A model generated the notes under the pieces. It had not been told where the DNA came from. It saw only the letters and a program-made list of their open reading frames with translations, and ran no database searches. 64,000 nt of DNA, from contig JAVKSQ010000002.1 of assembly GCA_039583615.1 (NCBI GenBank), forward strand, positions 32,346 through 96,345. The letters are read 5' to 3'. Shown here piece after piece: positions 30,943 through 40,257 of the stretch. Position 1 is the stretch's first letter. Every line of letters starts with the position of its first letter. The position numbers were made by a program, and so were the translations under genes. This DNA is from Acidimicrobiales bacterium. Lineage in GTDB: Bacteria; Actinomycetota; Acidimicrobiia; Acidimicrobiales; QHCF01.

Positions 30943-33900
30943 TTGCCCGGTGGCAGGGCGCAGGGAGCCGGCGGACGGGCCTCGTTCGCCCACCTGCACA
31001 CCCACACCGAGTTCTCCATGCTCGACGGGGCGGCGCGGGTGGCCGACGTGGCCCGGGCGGCGGCGGCGGACGGCCAGCCGGCCCTGGCCATCACCGACCA
31101 CGGCAACATGTACGGGGTCCTGGACTTCTACAAGGAATGCCGGGCTCAGGGCGTCACTCCGGTCATCGGCATGGAGGCCTACATGGCTGCCGAGTCTCGA
31201 CACGAGCGGCCGGTGCCGAGGGGCCGCGTCGACGACATGGGCGGGGAGGCCGAGGGTGGCCGCAAGCTCTGGTACCACCTGACCTTGCTGGCCGAGACCA
31301 ACGAGGGCTACCGCAACCTGATGCGCCTGGCCAGCCTGGCCTACCTGGAGGGCTACTACCGCAAGCCTCGCCTGGACTGGGAGCTGCTGGAGGGCCACCA
31401 TCAAGGCCTGATGGCGGCCACCGGCTGCCTGGGCGGCGTGGTCCCCCAGGCCCTGATCAGGGATGATCAACCTGGCGCCAAGACCCTGGCGGGGCGCCTG
31501 CAGGACGTCTTCGGCCCGGAGAACCTGTTCGTAGAGCTCCAGGACCACGGCCTGGCCGAGCAGCGCCGGATCAACCCGCGCCTGGTGAGCATGGCCCGGG
31601 ACCTGGGCGCCCCGCTGCTCGCCACCAACGACAGCCACTACACCTGCCGAGCCGACCACGTCGCCCACGACGCCCTGCTCTGCGTGCAGACCGGGGCCAC
31701 CATCGACGATCCCAGGCGCTTCAAGTTCGAGGGAGAGGAGCACTACCTCAAGACGGCGTCCGAGATGCGGGCGCTGTTCGCCGAGCTGCCGGAGGCGTGC
31801 GACAACACCCTGTGGGTGGCCGAGCGGGCGGCGGTGGAGATCGAGCTGGGTAAGCCCAAGCTGCCGGAGTTCCCCCTGCCCGATTCCTTCCGGGCCGGGG
31901 ACAGGCCCTACGAGGAAGCAGCGGCGGCCTACCTGCGCCACCTGAGCATCGAGGGAGCGGCCGAGCGCTACGGGCCTTCACCGGGCCCAGAGGTGGCCGA
32001 CCGGATCGACTTCGAGCTGGGCGTCATCGCCGACATGGGCTTCTCGGCCTACTTCCTCATCGTCTGGGACCTCATCCGCCACGCCCGCCAGTCGGGGATC
32101 AGGGTGGGGCCGGGACGAGGGTCGGCCGCCGGGTGCTGCGTGGCCTACTGCCTGCGCATAGTGGACCTCGACCCCATCCGCCACGACCTGCTGTTCGAGC
32201 GCTTCTTGAACCCCGGCCGCCTGCAGATGCCCGACATCGACATGGACTTCGACGAGCGCTACCGGGGGGAGATGATCCGCTACGCCGCCGAGCGCTACGG
32301 CTGGGACCACGTGGCCCAGATCGTCACCTTCTCCACCATCAAGGCCCGGGCCGCGGTACGCGACGCGGCCCGGGTGCTCGGCTATCCCTACCCTCTGGGC
32401 GACCGCATCGCCAAGGCCATGCCCCCCCTGGTCATGGGACGAGACACCTCCCTCTCGGCCTGCTTCGAGGTCCAGGAGGGTGCCGAGGACGGCTATCGGG
32501 CGGCATCCGAGCTGCGGGCCATGTACGACACCGACCCCGAGGCTCACCGGGTGATCGATGTGGCCCGTGGCCTGGAGGGCCTTCGCCGCCAGGACAGCAT
32601 CCACGCCGCCGCCGTTGTCATCACCCAGGAGCCGCTGGTCGAGCACCTGCCCATCCAGCGCAAGCCAGAGCCGGGGACGGCTGCCGAGGAAGCTCCCATC
32701 GTCACCCAGTACGAGATGCACGGGGTCGAGGAGCTGGGCCTGCTCAAGATGGACTTCCTCGGCCTGCGCAACCTGAGCGTCATCGAGCGGGCCCTGGACG
32801 TGATCGAGGAGACCACCGGCCAGCGGCCGGACATCGACTCCATCCCGCTGGATGACGAGGCGACCTTCGCCATGCTGCGGCGAGGCGACTCGATGGGTGT
32901 GTTCCAGCTGGAGGGCAGGCCCATGAGGGCCACTATGCGCTCCCTCGCCCCCACGTGCTTCGACGACGTGGCGGCTCTGGTCGCCCTCTACCGGCCCGGC
33001 CCCATGGCCGCCAACATGCACAACGAGTACCCCGAGCGCAAGAACGGCCGGCGCCCCATCACCTACCTCCACCCCGACCTGGAGCCGCTGCTGGGGGACA
33101 CCTACGGGCTGATGCTCTACCAGGAGTCGGTCATGCGGGTGGCCCAGCACTTCGCCGGCTACAGCCTGGCCGAGGCGGACAACCTTCGCAAGGCGTGCGG
33201 CAAGAAGGACCGAGCCCTCATCGCCGCCGAGCGGGCCAAGTTCGTGGCCGGCTGCGAGCAGACCGGCTACGGGACCCAGCTGGGCACCGTGCTGTTCGAC
33301 ATCATCGAGCCCTTCGCCGACTACGCCTTCAACAAGAGCCACTCCTACGGCTACGGCCTGGTCGCCTACCAGACCGCCTGGCTCAAGGCCAACCATCCGG
33401 TCGAGTACATGGCGGCCCTGCTCACCAGCGTGAAGGACGACAAGGACAAGACGGCCGCCTACCTCTCGGAGTGCCGGGCCCTTGGCATCCGCGTGCTGGT
33501 GCCCGACGTCAACCTGTCGGTGGCCGAGTTCACCGCCCGCCCCGCCGAGGCCGAGCAGAGGGCGGCCATCCCCTTCGGGCTGGCGGCCGTGCGCAACGTG
33601 GGGGAGAGCCTGGTGCGCCTCATCGTGGCCGAGCGGGAGGCGGGTGGGCCGTTCAGAAGCTTCTGGGACTTCTGCGAGCGGGTCGACTACGCAGTGCTCA
33701 ACAAGCGGACGATGGAGTCCCTCATCAAGGGCGGTGCGTTCGACTCGCTCGGTCATCCCCGGATGGGACTATGCCTGGTCCTCGACCAGGTGATCGACGC
33801 CACCGTGAGCCGAAGGCGCAAGACAGACATGGGCATCGTGAGCCTCTTCTCGTTCGCCGAAGGTCGGGAGGGGGAGGAGGACGAGAGCGCACCAGCGCCC

Positions 33901-34575
33901 CATTTCGACGACATACGGGTTCCCATCCCCGAGGTCGAGTTCGACAAGCCCCAGCTGCTGGCGTTCGAGAAGGAGATGCTCGGCCTCTACGTGAGCGACC
34001 ACCCGCTGCTCGGCGCCGGCGCCGCCCTCAGCAGGCACACCGACTGCTCGATCTCCGAGCTGCGAGATGCCGGCCCGGGGGAGGCAAGGCGGGATGGAGA
34101 GGTGAAGGTGGTGGGCGGGGTGGTCACCGCCCTGGTCCGCAGGTACACCAAGAAGGGGGAGCCGATGGCCACCTTCACCCTGGAGGACCTGGAGAGCCAG
34201 ATCGAGGTGTTCGTCTTCCCGCGGGTCATGCAGGGCTGTGGGGAGATGCTGGGCGACGATGCCATCGTGTGCGTGAAGGCGCGCCTCGACGCCCGGGAGG
34301 ACCCCCCCAAGCTGGTGGCCATGGATGTCACCCGGCCGGAGCTGGCCGGCCAGGAGGGCAAGTCGCTGGGCGTTCGCATACCGGTTGGCTGGTGTACCGA
34401 CTCGATGGTCGAGCAGCTCAAGGCCATCCTGGTGGCCCATCCGGGGCCGTCGCCGGTGCACCTGTGGCTCGGAGAGAAGATCCTTCGCCTACCGGCGGAC
34501 CTCGGCGTGGACGCCCGCCCCGGCTTGCTGGCCGAGCTGCGGGTCCTGCTCGGCCCCGAGGGCATCGTCCCCTGA
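30943..34575 (+). CDS. dnaE: DNA polymerase III alpha subunit
   Basis: PHP HLHTHTEFSMLDG, GRGSAAG, MPDIDMDF and YAFNKSH; no intein seen. Confidence 0.98.
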   Translation: MPGGRAQGAGGRASFAHLHTHTEFSMLDGAARVADVARAAAADGQPALAITDHGNMYGVLDFYKECRAQGVTPVIGMEAYMAAESRHERPVPRGRVDDMGGEAEGGRKLWYHLTLLAETNEGYRNLMRLASLAYLEGYYRKPRLDWELLEGHHQGLMAATGCLGGVVPQALIRDDQPGAKTLAGRLQDVFGPENLFVELQDHGLAEQRRINPRLVSMARDLGAPLLATNDSHYTCRADHVAHDALLCVQTGATIDDPRRFKFEGEEHYLKTASEMRALFAELPEACDNTLWVAERAAVEIELGKPKLPEFPLPDSFRAGDRPYEEAAAAYLRHLSIEGAAERYGPSPGPEVADRIDFELGVIADMGFSAYFLIVWDLIRHARQSGIRVGPGRGSAAGCCVAYCLRIVDLDPIRHDLLFERFLNPGRLQMPDIDMDFDERYRGEMIRYAAERYGWDHVAQIVTFSTIKARAAVRDAARVLGYPYPLGDRIAKAMPPLVMGRDTSLSACFEVQEGAEDGYRAASELRAMYDTDPEAHRVIDVARGLEGLRRQDSIHAAAVVITQEPLVEHLPIQRKPEPGTAAEEAPIVTQYEMHGVEELGLLKMDFLGLRNLSVIERALDVIEETTGQRPDIDSIPLDDEATFAMLRRGDSMGVFQLEGRPMRATMRSLAPTCFDDVAALVALYRPGPMAANMHNEYPERKNGRRPITYLHPDLEPLLGDTYGLMLYQESVMRVAQHFAGYSLAEADNLRKACGKKDRALIAAERAKFVAGCEQTGYGTQLGTVLFDIIEPFADYAFNKSHSYGYGLVAYQTAWLKANHPVEYMAALLTSVKDDKDKTAAYLSECRALGIRVLVPDVNLSVAEFTARPAEAEQRAAIPFGLAAVRNVGESLVRLIVAEREAGGPFRSFWDFCERVDYAVLNKRTMESLIKGGAFDSLGHPRMGLCLVLDQVIDATVSRRRKTDMGIVSLFSFAEGREGEEDESAPAPHFDDIRVPIPEVEFDKPQLLAFEKEMLGLYVSDHPLLGAGAALSRHTDCSISELRDAGPGEARRDGEVKVVGGVVTALVRRYTKKGEPMATFTLEDLESQIEVFVFPRVMQGCGEMLGDDAIVCVKARLDAREDPPKLVAMDVTRPELAGQEGKSLGVRIPVGWCTDSMVEQLKAILVAHPGPSPVHLWLGEKILRLPADLGVDARPGLLAELRVLLGPEGIVP

Positions 34576-34648
34576 ACGAGGGCGGCGGTCCCGGCCTGAG
34601 CAAGGACCGCCGTGGTGGTTTTCGCTCAGGCGCTATCCTGGAGGGACC

Positions 34649-35323
34649 ATGACGATCGAGGTCGATACCAAGGACTGCACTGCGCTGAGTGACGCCGAGC
34701 TGGGCGAGATGGCGGACATCTGTGCCGAGGGGCCGGCCGGCTTCGATGTGGGGTTCCTTTCCAAGCAGCGCGACGAGTGGGTACTGGTCACCCAGTCCCG
34801 GGAGGGTGGTCGTCTGCACGGGTTCTTGTTCGCCACCCTGGAGCGGATCGGCGGGACGCCTGCCATGCTCGTGGGCTTGGCCTCGGTCAAGCCCACTGCC
34901 CGTCGAGATGCCCACCTGCGGGCCCTGATGGGCGACCAGTACCGCCGGGCTGTCCTGGCCTTTCCGGACGAGGACGTGCTGGTCGGCACCAGGATGATCG
35001 ACCCGGCCGGGTTCCTGGCCTTGCGGGGCCTGGAGGATGTCGTCCCCCGCCCGGGGCACCGGGCCAGCGGGGAGGAGCGGGCGTGGGGGCGGCGCCTGGC
35101 CAAGCGTTTCGGGGCCGAGGGCCGGATCGACGATCGCACGTTCGTGCTGGCCGGCGACGGCCTGCCCGGCGGGGTGCTCGAGTTCGAGGCGCTCAAGACC
35201 GACAACGTCCCGGCCGAGGTGGCTGGCCTGTTCGACGGGATGGACGCCACTCGCCACGACAGCCTGGTGGCCTTCGGGTGGGCTATGGCCGAGGACTTGG
35301 CGGCCGGCAACCTCGGGCGCTGA
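34649..35323 (+). CDS. Hypothetical protein, possible GNAT-like fold
   Basis: GGAGG SD before ATG 34649 and coding-like codon usage; the fold is inference only. Confidence 0.7.
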   Translation: MTIEVDTKDCTALSDAELGEMADICAEGPAGFDVGFLSKQRDEWVLVTQSREGGRLHGFLFATLERIGGTPAMLVGLASVKPTARRDAHLRALMGDQYRRAVLAFPDEDVLVGTRMIDPAGFLALRGLEDVVPRPGHRASGEERAWGRRLAKRFGAEGRIDDRTFVLAGDGLPGGVLEFEALKTDNVPAEVAGLFDGMDATRHDSLVAFGWAMAEDLAAGNLGR

Positions 35324-35361
35324 GCCGCCGAGCCGCCCGGCGTCAAGACCTCGGGTGCCTG

Positions 35362-36441
35362 GTGGCTGGGGTGGGTCAGCGCCCACCGGCCCGCGCAGGG
35401 CCGAACGAGGCCGCCCCCCGGCTGGGGTTGGTCCTGGGAGCAGGTGGGACGGTCGGCGTCGCTTACCACGCCGGCGTGGTGCATGCCCTGGAGGAGGAGG
35501 CCGGGCTGCGGCCGCAGTGCGCCGACCTCATGGTGGGGACCAGCGCCGGCGCGGTGGTGGCGGCCTACCTACGCAGCGGCTGGTCGACCAGCCGGCTGCG
35601 GCGCAGCCTCGGCCGGTCGGAGGGTCAACCAGACGCCGGCGGCGGCGACCCGGGGGATGCCTGGGCAGGCACCTGCGGAGGCACCTCGGGGGCGGGGGGC
35701 TCCCAGGGGTGGGCGGCGTCCCTCGAAGGGTTGGTCAGTCCGGCCTTCTCGTCGCCGCTGGGGCTGGTGCGGCGGGGCATCGGCTCTGCCTTCGTCATGG
35801 GACGCAGCCTGGTGCGGGTGCCGGCGCCCAGCCTGCCGCCCGTGCTGGGCCGTTTGTTCCCGGGCGGAATGTGCCGGGTGGACGGGAGCCGGGGCCGGCT
35901 CGAGCACGACCTGCCCGGGGCGTGGCCGCCCAGGCGACTGTGGCTGTGCACCCTCGACATCGTGAGTGGTCGCCGGGTGGTCCTGGGCCGAGGGGGGGAC
36001 CCCGGTGTCGGCCTGGCCACCGCAGTGCGGGCCTCCTGCGCCGTTCCCGGGCTCTACCCGCCGGTCAGGGTGGGGCGCCAGGTGCTGGTGGACGGCGCCA
36101 TGCACTCCAGCACCAACTTGGACCTGGTGGTAGCGGGCGGATGTGGCCTGGTCATCGCAGTGGCGCCCATGGCCTTCGACCAGGCCAGGCCGCCCGGCCA
36201 CCTGGTCCGGATGCTGAGGCGGGTGCCCACCGGGATGTTGAGCCATGAAGCGGCGGCGGCCCGCAGCCGAGGCGCCACCGTGCTGCTCCTGCGCCCCACC
36301 ACGGCCGAGCTGCGGGCTCACGGGGTCAATCCCATGCGGGTCGCCGCCCTGGAGGAGGTCGCCACCGCCGCCTACCAGTCGACCGCCCGTGCCCTGGCCA
36401 CCGAGCAGTGGCGCTCGGGCCTGTCCCTCGTGGTTGCGTAG
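35362..36441 (+). CDS. Patatin-like phospholipase
   Basis: LGAGGTVG, GTSAG and VDGA; start uncertain. Confidence 0.9.
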   Translation: MAGVGQRPPARAGPNEAAPRLGLVLGAGGTVGVAYHAGVVHALEEEAGLRPQCADLMVGTSAGAVVAAYLRSGWSTSRLRRSLGRSEGQPDAGGGDPGDAWAGTCGGTSGAGGSQGWAASLEGLVSPAFSSPLGLVRRGIGSAFVMGRSLVRVPAPSLPPVLGRLFPGGMCRVDGSRGRLEHDLPGAWPPRRLWLCTLDIVSGRRVVLGRGGDPGVGLATAVRASCAVPGLYPPVRVGRQVLVDGAMHSSTNLDLVVAGGCGLVIAVAPMAFDQARPPGHLVRMLRRVPTGMLSHEAAAARSRGATVLLLRPTTAELRAHGVNPMRVAALEEVATAAYQSTARALATEQWRSGLSLVVA

Positions 36442-36483
36442 CCCGGCGGGTGCCGGCGCCCCGTAGGCCGCGACCGCGAGATC

Positions 36484-37107
36484 CTACGGCTCAGGGAGAG
36501 CCCCGATGATCTGCTTGTAGCAGTGGCCGGAGCGGGGCCCGACGAGGGCGACGACCAGGTACCGGATGCGAAAGCCCATGGCCTGGTCCAAGCCGGCCCC
36601 CGCCAGGGAGACGCACCCGTGCTGGCCCAGTGCACCGGCCAGGCCCGCATCGTCCACCTCCAGGAGGTGGTCGAGGCCGCCCCACGAGAACCGGGCTCTC
36701 ACGGTGCCGGGCCCCTGGCCCATCAGGACCCGAGGACCCTGCTCGGGGCGGATGAGGGCCAGCGACGGCTGGGTGCCGGTCATGGTCCAGTACGGTGCCG
36801 CCGCCCCCCGGAACCCGAGGAGTGGTCGCCGGGACGCAGCCGGCAGCACCAGGCCGCGCAGGTATTGGCGGGCCCGGCGGCCTCGGAAGCTGCCCACCCA
36901 GGTGGGGGGACGGTCGAGGGTCATTGCCTCGGGCCGGACCGGATCGTCCCACTGGCCGTCGTCGGCTGGCCGTTCGGCCGAGGCCATGTCGAACGCAGAC
37001 AACCCGAGGCTGGCTGCCTCCGGCCACCGGGCCCGTACGAAGGCGCCCGAGGTCATGTCCACCGTCGCCCATTCGTCGGACCTGGCAGCCAGGACCAGCA
37101 ACCTCAT
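36484..37107 (-). CDS. Hypothetical protein resembling dual-OB-domain family
   Basis: RPEA, SLALIRP, RARFSWGG and YLVVALVGP..GHCYKQIIGAL pattern. Confidence 0.6.
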   Translation of the reverse strand: MRLLVLAARSDEWATVDMTSGAFVRARWPEAASLGLSAFDMASAERPADDGQWDDPVRPEAMTLDRPPTWVGSFRGRRARQYLRGLVLPAASRRPLLGFRGAAAPYWTMTGTQPSLALIRPEQGPRVLMGQGPGTVRARFSWGGLDHLLEVDDAGLAGALGQHGCVSLAGAGLDQAMGFRIRYLVVALVGPRSGHCYKQIIGALPEP

Positions 37108-37278
37108 GCGGGCATAGCCGACGCGGTCCTCAGCCCGGGAGGCGTGGTTGGCAGACACCACCGACGTCATCCCGGTCATTCTGCCTTCCCGACCGGGTAC
37201 CGCGGGGGATTTCCACCGTCACCACCGCGGTAGCGGGCGTAGGATGGATCCCAGCAGCTGGCGACCGGGAGGTAGGCC

Positions 37279-37575
37279 GTGGTCATTGAAGCGCTCATCG
37301 CCCTGGTCGTGGTCCTGACGCTGGCCGTCTCGGCCGCCATGGCCCTGATCGGTCTCATGGGCGCGGTGGGCGACGTGCGCTTCGAGCGTTGCTCCGCCTG
37401 CCAGCACCTGGTGGTGACGTCAGCTGCCGCGCCGGTCGTCGCCTGCCCGTACTGCCGACACCCTCGGCTGCTCCACCCGGTCCGTACCGCCCACGCCGCT
37501 GCCCACCCGTGGCGTGCCATCCGCGCCCTTCGTCTGGGCCACCGGGCAGTCCAGGAGCGTCCCGGCGTAAGCTGA
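37279..37575 (+). CDS. Small membrane-anchored zinc-ribbon protein
   Basis: GGAGG SD, N-terminal TM, CSAC and CPYC. Confidence 0.7.
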   Translation: MVIEALIALVVVLTLAVSAAMALIGLMGAVGDVRFERCSACQHLVVTSAAAPVVACPYCRHPRLLHPVRTAHAAAHPWRAIRALRLGHRAVQERPGVS

Positions 37576-37580
37576 GTCGG

Positions 37581-38030
37581 GTGCGTGTTCCAGGATCTCC
37601 TGTCCTCTCGTCCAGCGCTGCCCGCCAACTGGCCGGTGCCCTGGCCTGGGGCAGGATAGGCATCGGGGTGGGAGCGGTGGCGGCCCCCGGGCTTCTCGGA
37701 CGCCTGTTCGCCGGGCGCGACGCTCGGCTCCCGGCCAACCGGGCCCTGGGGCGAGCCATGGGTGGACGTGACCTGGCCATCGGGCTGGGGGCCGTGCTCG
37801 CCATGAAGCACCAAGCCCCGGCCCGCGGCTGGATCGAGGCCGGCGCCCTGGCCGACGCCTCCGACGTGCTGGCTACCGTCCTGGCTTGGCGCGGGCTGCC
37901 CCGCTGGGGACGCCTGGCCGTCGTGGTGCTGGCGAGCGGCGGGACGGCTGCCGGAGTTGTGGCGGCCCGGACCGTGGAGCCCCGGAGCACGCAGCCCCGG
38001 AGCACGCAGCCCCGGAGGGCGGCGAGCTGA
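37581..38030 (+). CDS. Small membrane protein (DUF4267-like)
   Basis: GRIGIG, GGRDLAIG and ADASD; TAAGCT-N7-GTG leaderless-type start. Confidence 0.65.
   Translation: MRVPGSPVLSSSAARQLAGALAWGRIGIGVGAVAAPGLLGRLFAGRDARLPANRALGRAMGGRDLAIGLGAVLAMKHQAPARGWIEAGALADASDVLATVLAWRGLPRWGRLAVVVLASGGTAAGVVAARTVEPRSTQPRSTQPRRAAS
37978..38017 (+). repeat. 15-bp tandem repeat x2.7 (AGCCCCGGAGCACGC)
   Basis: Directly visible; encodes a PRSTQ tail. Confidence 0.85.
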
Positions 38031-38035
38031 GCGGA

Positions 38036-38851
38036 GTGCAGCTCTCCAAGCATCACGGTCTGGGCAACGACTTCCTGGTGCTCATCGACCTCAAGGACCG
38101 CCATGGCCTGGAGCCCGCCGCCGTGCGGGCCCTCTGCGACCGCCACCGGGGGGTTGGGGCCGATGGGCTGATCCGGGTGGTGGCGGGCAGCGGCGGCGCG
38201 GTGGTCGCCATGGAGCTGCACAACGCCGACGGCAGCCCGGCCGAGACCAGCGGCAACGGGCTGCGCTGCCTGGCCCAGGCGGTCCGCGACGCCGGTGCGG
38301 TGAGTGGGCCCGACTTCGTGGTGGCCACCCCGGCCGGTCCCCGGCGGGTGAGCGTGCGTGCCACCCCGCGTCCCACCGAGGTCGTCGTCAGCGTGGACAT
38401 GGGCGTGCCGGAGGTGGGCCCGGACCGCTCGCCAGGCGCCACCGGAGACGCGCCGAGGCAGGGGCAGGGCGAGTGGCGCTGCCGGACGGTCGGGATTGGC
38501 AACCCGCACCTGGTCCTGCTGGGACCCGACCCGGCCAGGGTGGACATGGGTGAGCTCGGACCGCGGGTCGAGGCGAAGCATCCGGGCGGGATCAACGTCG
38601 AGCTGGTGACCCTGGGTCCGGGACCGGGGGAGCTGAGCATCCGCGTCTGGGAACGGGGGGTGGGGGAGACCCTGGCCTGCGGGACGGGCAGCGTGGCAGC
38701 CGCGGCTGCCGCTCGAGCGTGGGGCCTGGTAGGCGACCGGCTGGTCGTCCACAATCCCGGGGGGCCCCTGGAGGTGGACCTCTCCGGCTCCACCGCGGTG
38801 CTCACCGGGCCCTCGGAGAGGGTGGCCGACATCCGGCTCCACCTCTCGTGA
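38036..38851 (+). CDS. dapF: Diaminopimelate epimerase
   Basis: KHHGLGNDF, GVGADG, GNPH and RVWERGVGETLACGTG; first motif reads SGNG. Confidence 0.93.
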   Translation: MQLSKHHGLGNDFLVLIDLKDRHGLEPAAVRALCDRHRGVGADGLIRVVAGSGGAVVAMELHNADGSPAETSGNGLRCLAQAVRDAGAVSGPDFVVATPAGPRRVSVRATPRPTEVVVSVDMGVPEVGPDRSPGATGDAPRQGQGEWRCRTVGIGNPHLVLLGPDPARVDMGELGPRVEAKHPGGINVELVTLGPGPGELSIRVWERGVGETLACGTGSVAAAAAARAWGLVGDRLVVHNPGGPLEVDLSGSTAVLTGPSERVADIRLHLS

Positions 38852-40257
38852 CCGGTCGGCAGCCGTCGGACGGCGACCGCCCGGCAGCCCGGCCCGGGCA
38901 GACAGACGGCCCGGCAGCGCGGGCCGGGCAGACAGACGGCCCGGCAGCGCGGGCCGGGCAGACAGACGGCCCGGCAGCCCGGGCCGTGGAGGCGGGCCTG
39001 ATCGACCGCAGCTTCCGGGAGCGCATCGTATTGGTGGGGATGGCCATCCCGCCCACTGGGCTGGACCAGGCCGAGACCAGCCTGGACGAGCTGAGCCTGC
39101 TGGTCGACACCGCCGGAGCCGACGAGGCGGCCCGGGTGGTCCAGCGCCGCAACACGCCTGACTCGGCCACCTACGTGGGCAAGGGCAAGGCGGACGAGCT
39201 CAGCCACCTGTCGGAGGCAGTCGACGCCGACACCGTGGTGTTCGACGACGAGCTGACGCCCGCCCAGCAACGCAACCTGGAGAAGATCCTGGGCCGGACG
39301 GCCATCGACCGTACTGCGGTGATCCTCGACATCTTCGCCCAGAACGCCCACACCCAGGAGGGCATGGCCCAAGTGGAGCTGGCCCAGCTGGCGTACCGGC
39401 TGCCCCGCCTCCGGGGCCGGGGGCTCTCCCTGTCCCAGCAAGCCGGGCACATCGGCACCCGGGGCCCGGGGGAGACCCAGCTGGAGGTGGACCGCCGCCG
39501 CCTGGTGCAGCGCATGTCCCGCCTCGAGTCCGAGCTGCGCCAGGTGACCAGGACCAGGCGGACCCAGCGTCGCTCCCGCCACCGGTCGGGGCTGCGCTCG
39601 GTGTCACTGGTGGGCTACACCAATGCCGGCAAGTCCACCCTTCTCAACCGGCTGACTGACGCCGGGGTGCTGGTCGAGGACCGACTGTTCGCCACCCTCG
39701 ATCCCCGCACCCGCCGGTTGGACATGCCTGGGGGGGAGGCGGTGCTCTGCTCTGACACCGTGGGATTCGTTCGCAAGCTGCCCCACCAGCTGGTGGAGGC
39801 CTTCCGCTCGACCCTGGAGGTGGTGGCAGAGTCGGACCTGGTGGTCCACGTGGTCGACGCCGCCGCCCCCGACCCCCAAGCGCAGATGCAAGCGGTGCGG
39901 TCGGTCCTGGCCGAGATCGGTGCCTCTGACGTCGCCGAGCTGGTGGCCTTCAACAAGGCCGACGCCACCCCGGAGGCCGCCCGACTGTCGGCGGCCCACC
40001 CCGGGTCGGTGGCCATCTCGGCCCGCGACGGGCTCGGCATCGATGCTCTGCTGGCAGCCATGGGCGACCGGCTGCGGGCGCTCGACTGCCTGGTCGAGAT
40101 GCTGGTGCCCTTCTCCCGGGGCGACGTCGTTGCCGCCGTGCACCGCCAGGGTGAGGTACTGGTGGAGGCCCACGAGGAGGCGGGTACCAGGCTGAGGGCG
40201 CGCCTGGATGCGGCCGGCAGGGGGCGGCTCCGGGAGTTCCTGGTGACCGAGGCGTGA
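38848..40257 (+). CDS. hflX: Ribosome-splitting GTPase HflX
   Basis: LDIFAQNA, RGPGETQLE, GYTNAGKST, DTVGF and NKAD. Confidence 0.97.
   Translation: MTGRQPSDGDRPAARPGQTDGPAARAGQTDGPAARAGQTDGPAARAVEAGLIDRSFRERIVLVGMAIPPTGLDQAETSLDELSLLVDTAGADEAARVVQRRNTPDSATYVGKGKADELSHLSEAVDADTVVFDDELTPAQQRNLEKILGRTAIDRTAVILDIFAQNAHTQEGMAQVELAQLAYRLPRLRGRGLSLSQQAGHIGTRGPGETQLEVDRRRLVQRMSRLESELRQVTRTRRTQRRSRHRSGLRSVSLVGYTNAGKSTLLNRLTDAGVLVEDRLFATLDPRTRRLDMPGGEAVLCSDTVGFVRKLPHQLVEAFRSTLEVVAESDLVVHVVDAAAPDPQAQMQAVRSVLAEIGASDVAELVAFNKADATPEAARLSAAHPGSVAISARDGLGIDALLAAMGDRLRALDCLVEMLVPFSRGDVVAAVHRQGEVLVEAHEEAGTRLRARLDAAGRGRLREFLVTEA
38879..38985 (+). repeat. 30-bp tandem repeat x3.5
   Basis: GCCCGGCAGCGCGGGCCGGGCAGACAGACG units encode PAARAGQTDG at the HflX N-terminus. 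Confidence 0.93.

Noticed and set aside
30943-34575. Intein or split in dnaE
   Set aside because: Continuous 1210-aa ORF of normal size with no intein motifs seen.
37196-37233. TACCGCGG...CCGCGGTA inverted repeat as an ncRNA
   Set aside because: An 8-bp GC-rich stem with a long loop between divergent genes; no family features and plausible by chance.
38879-38985. 30-bp repeats as a possible CRISPR array
   Set aside because: Units are contiguous with no unique spacers, lie in frame within hflX, and there are no cas genes. The same holds for the other arrays.
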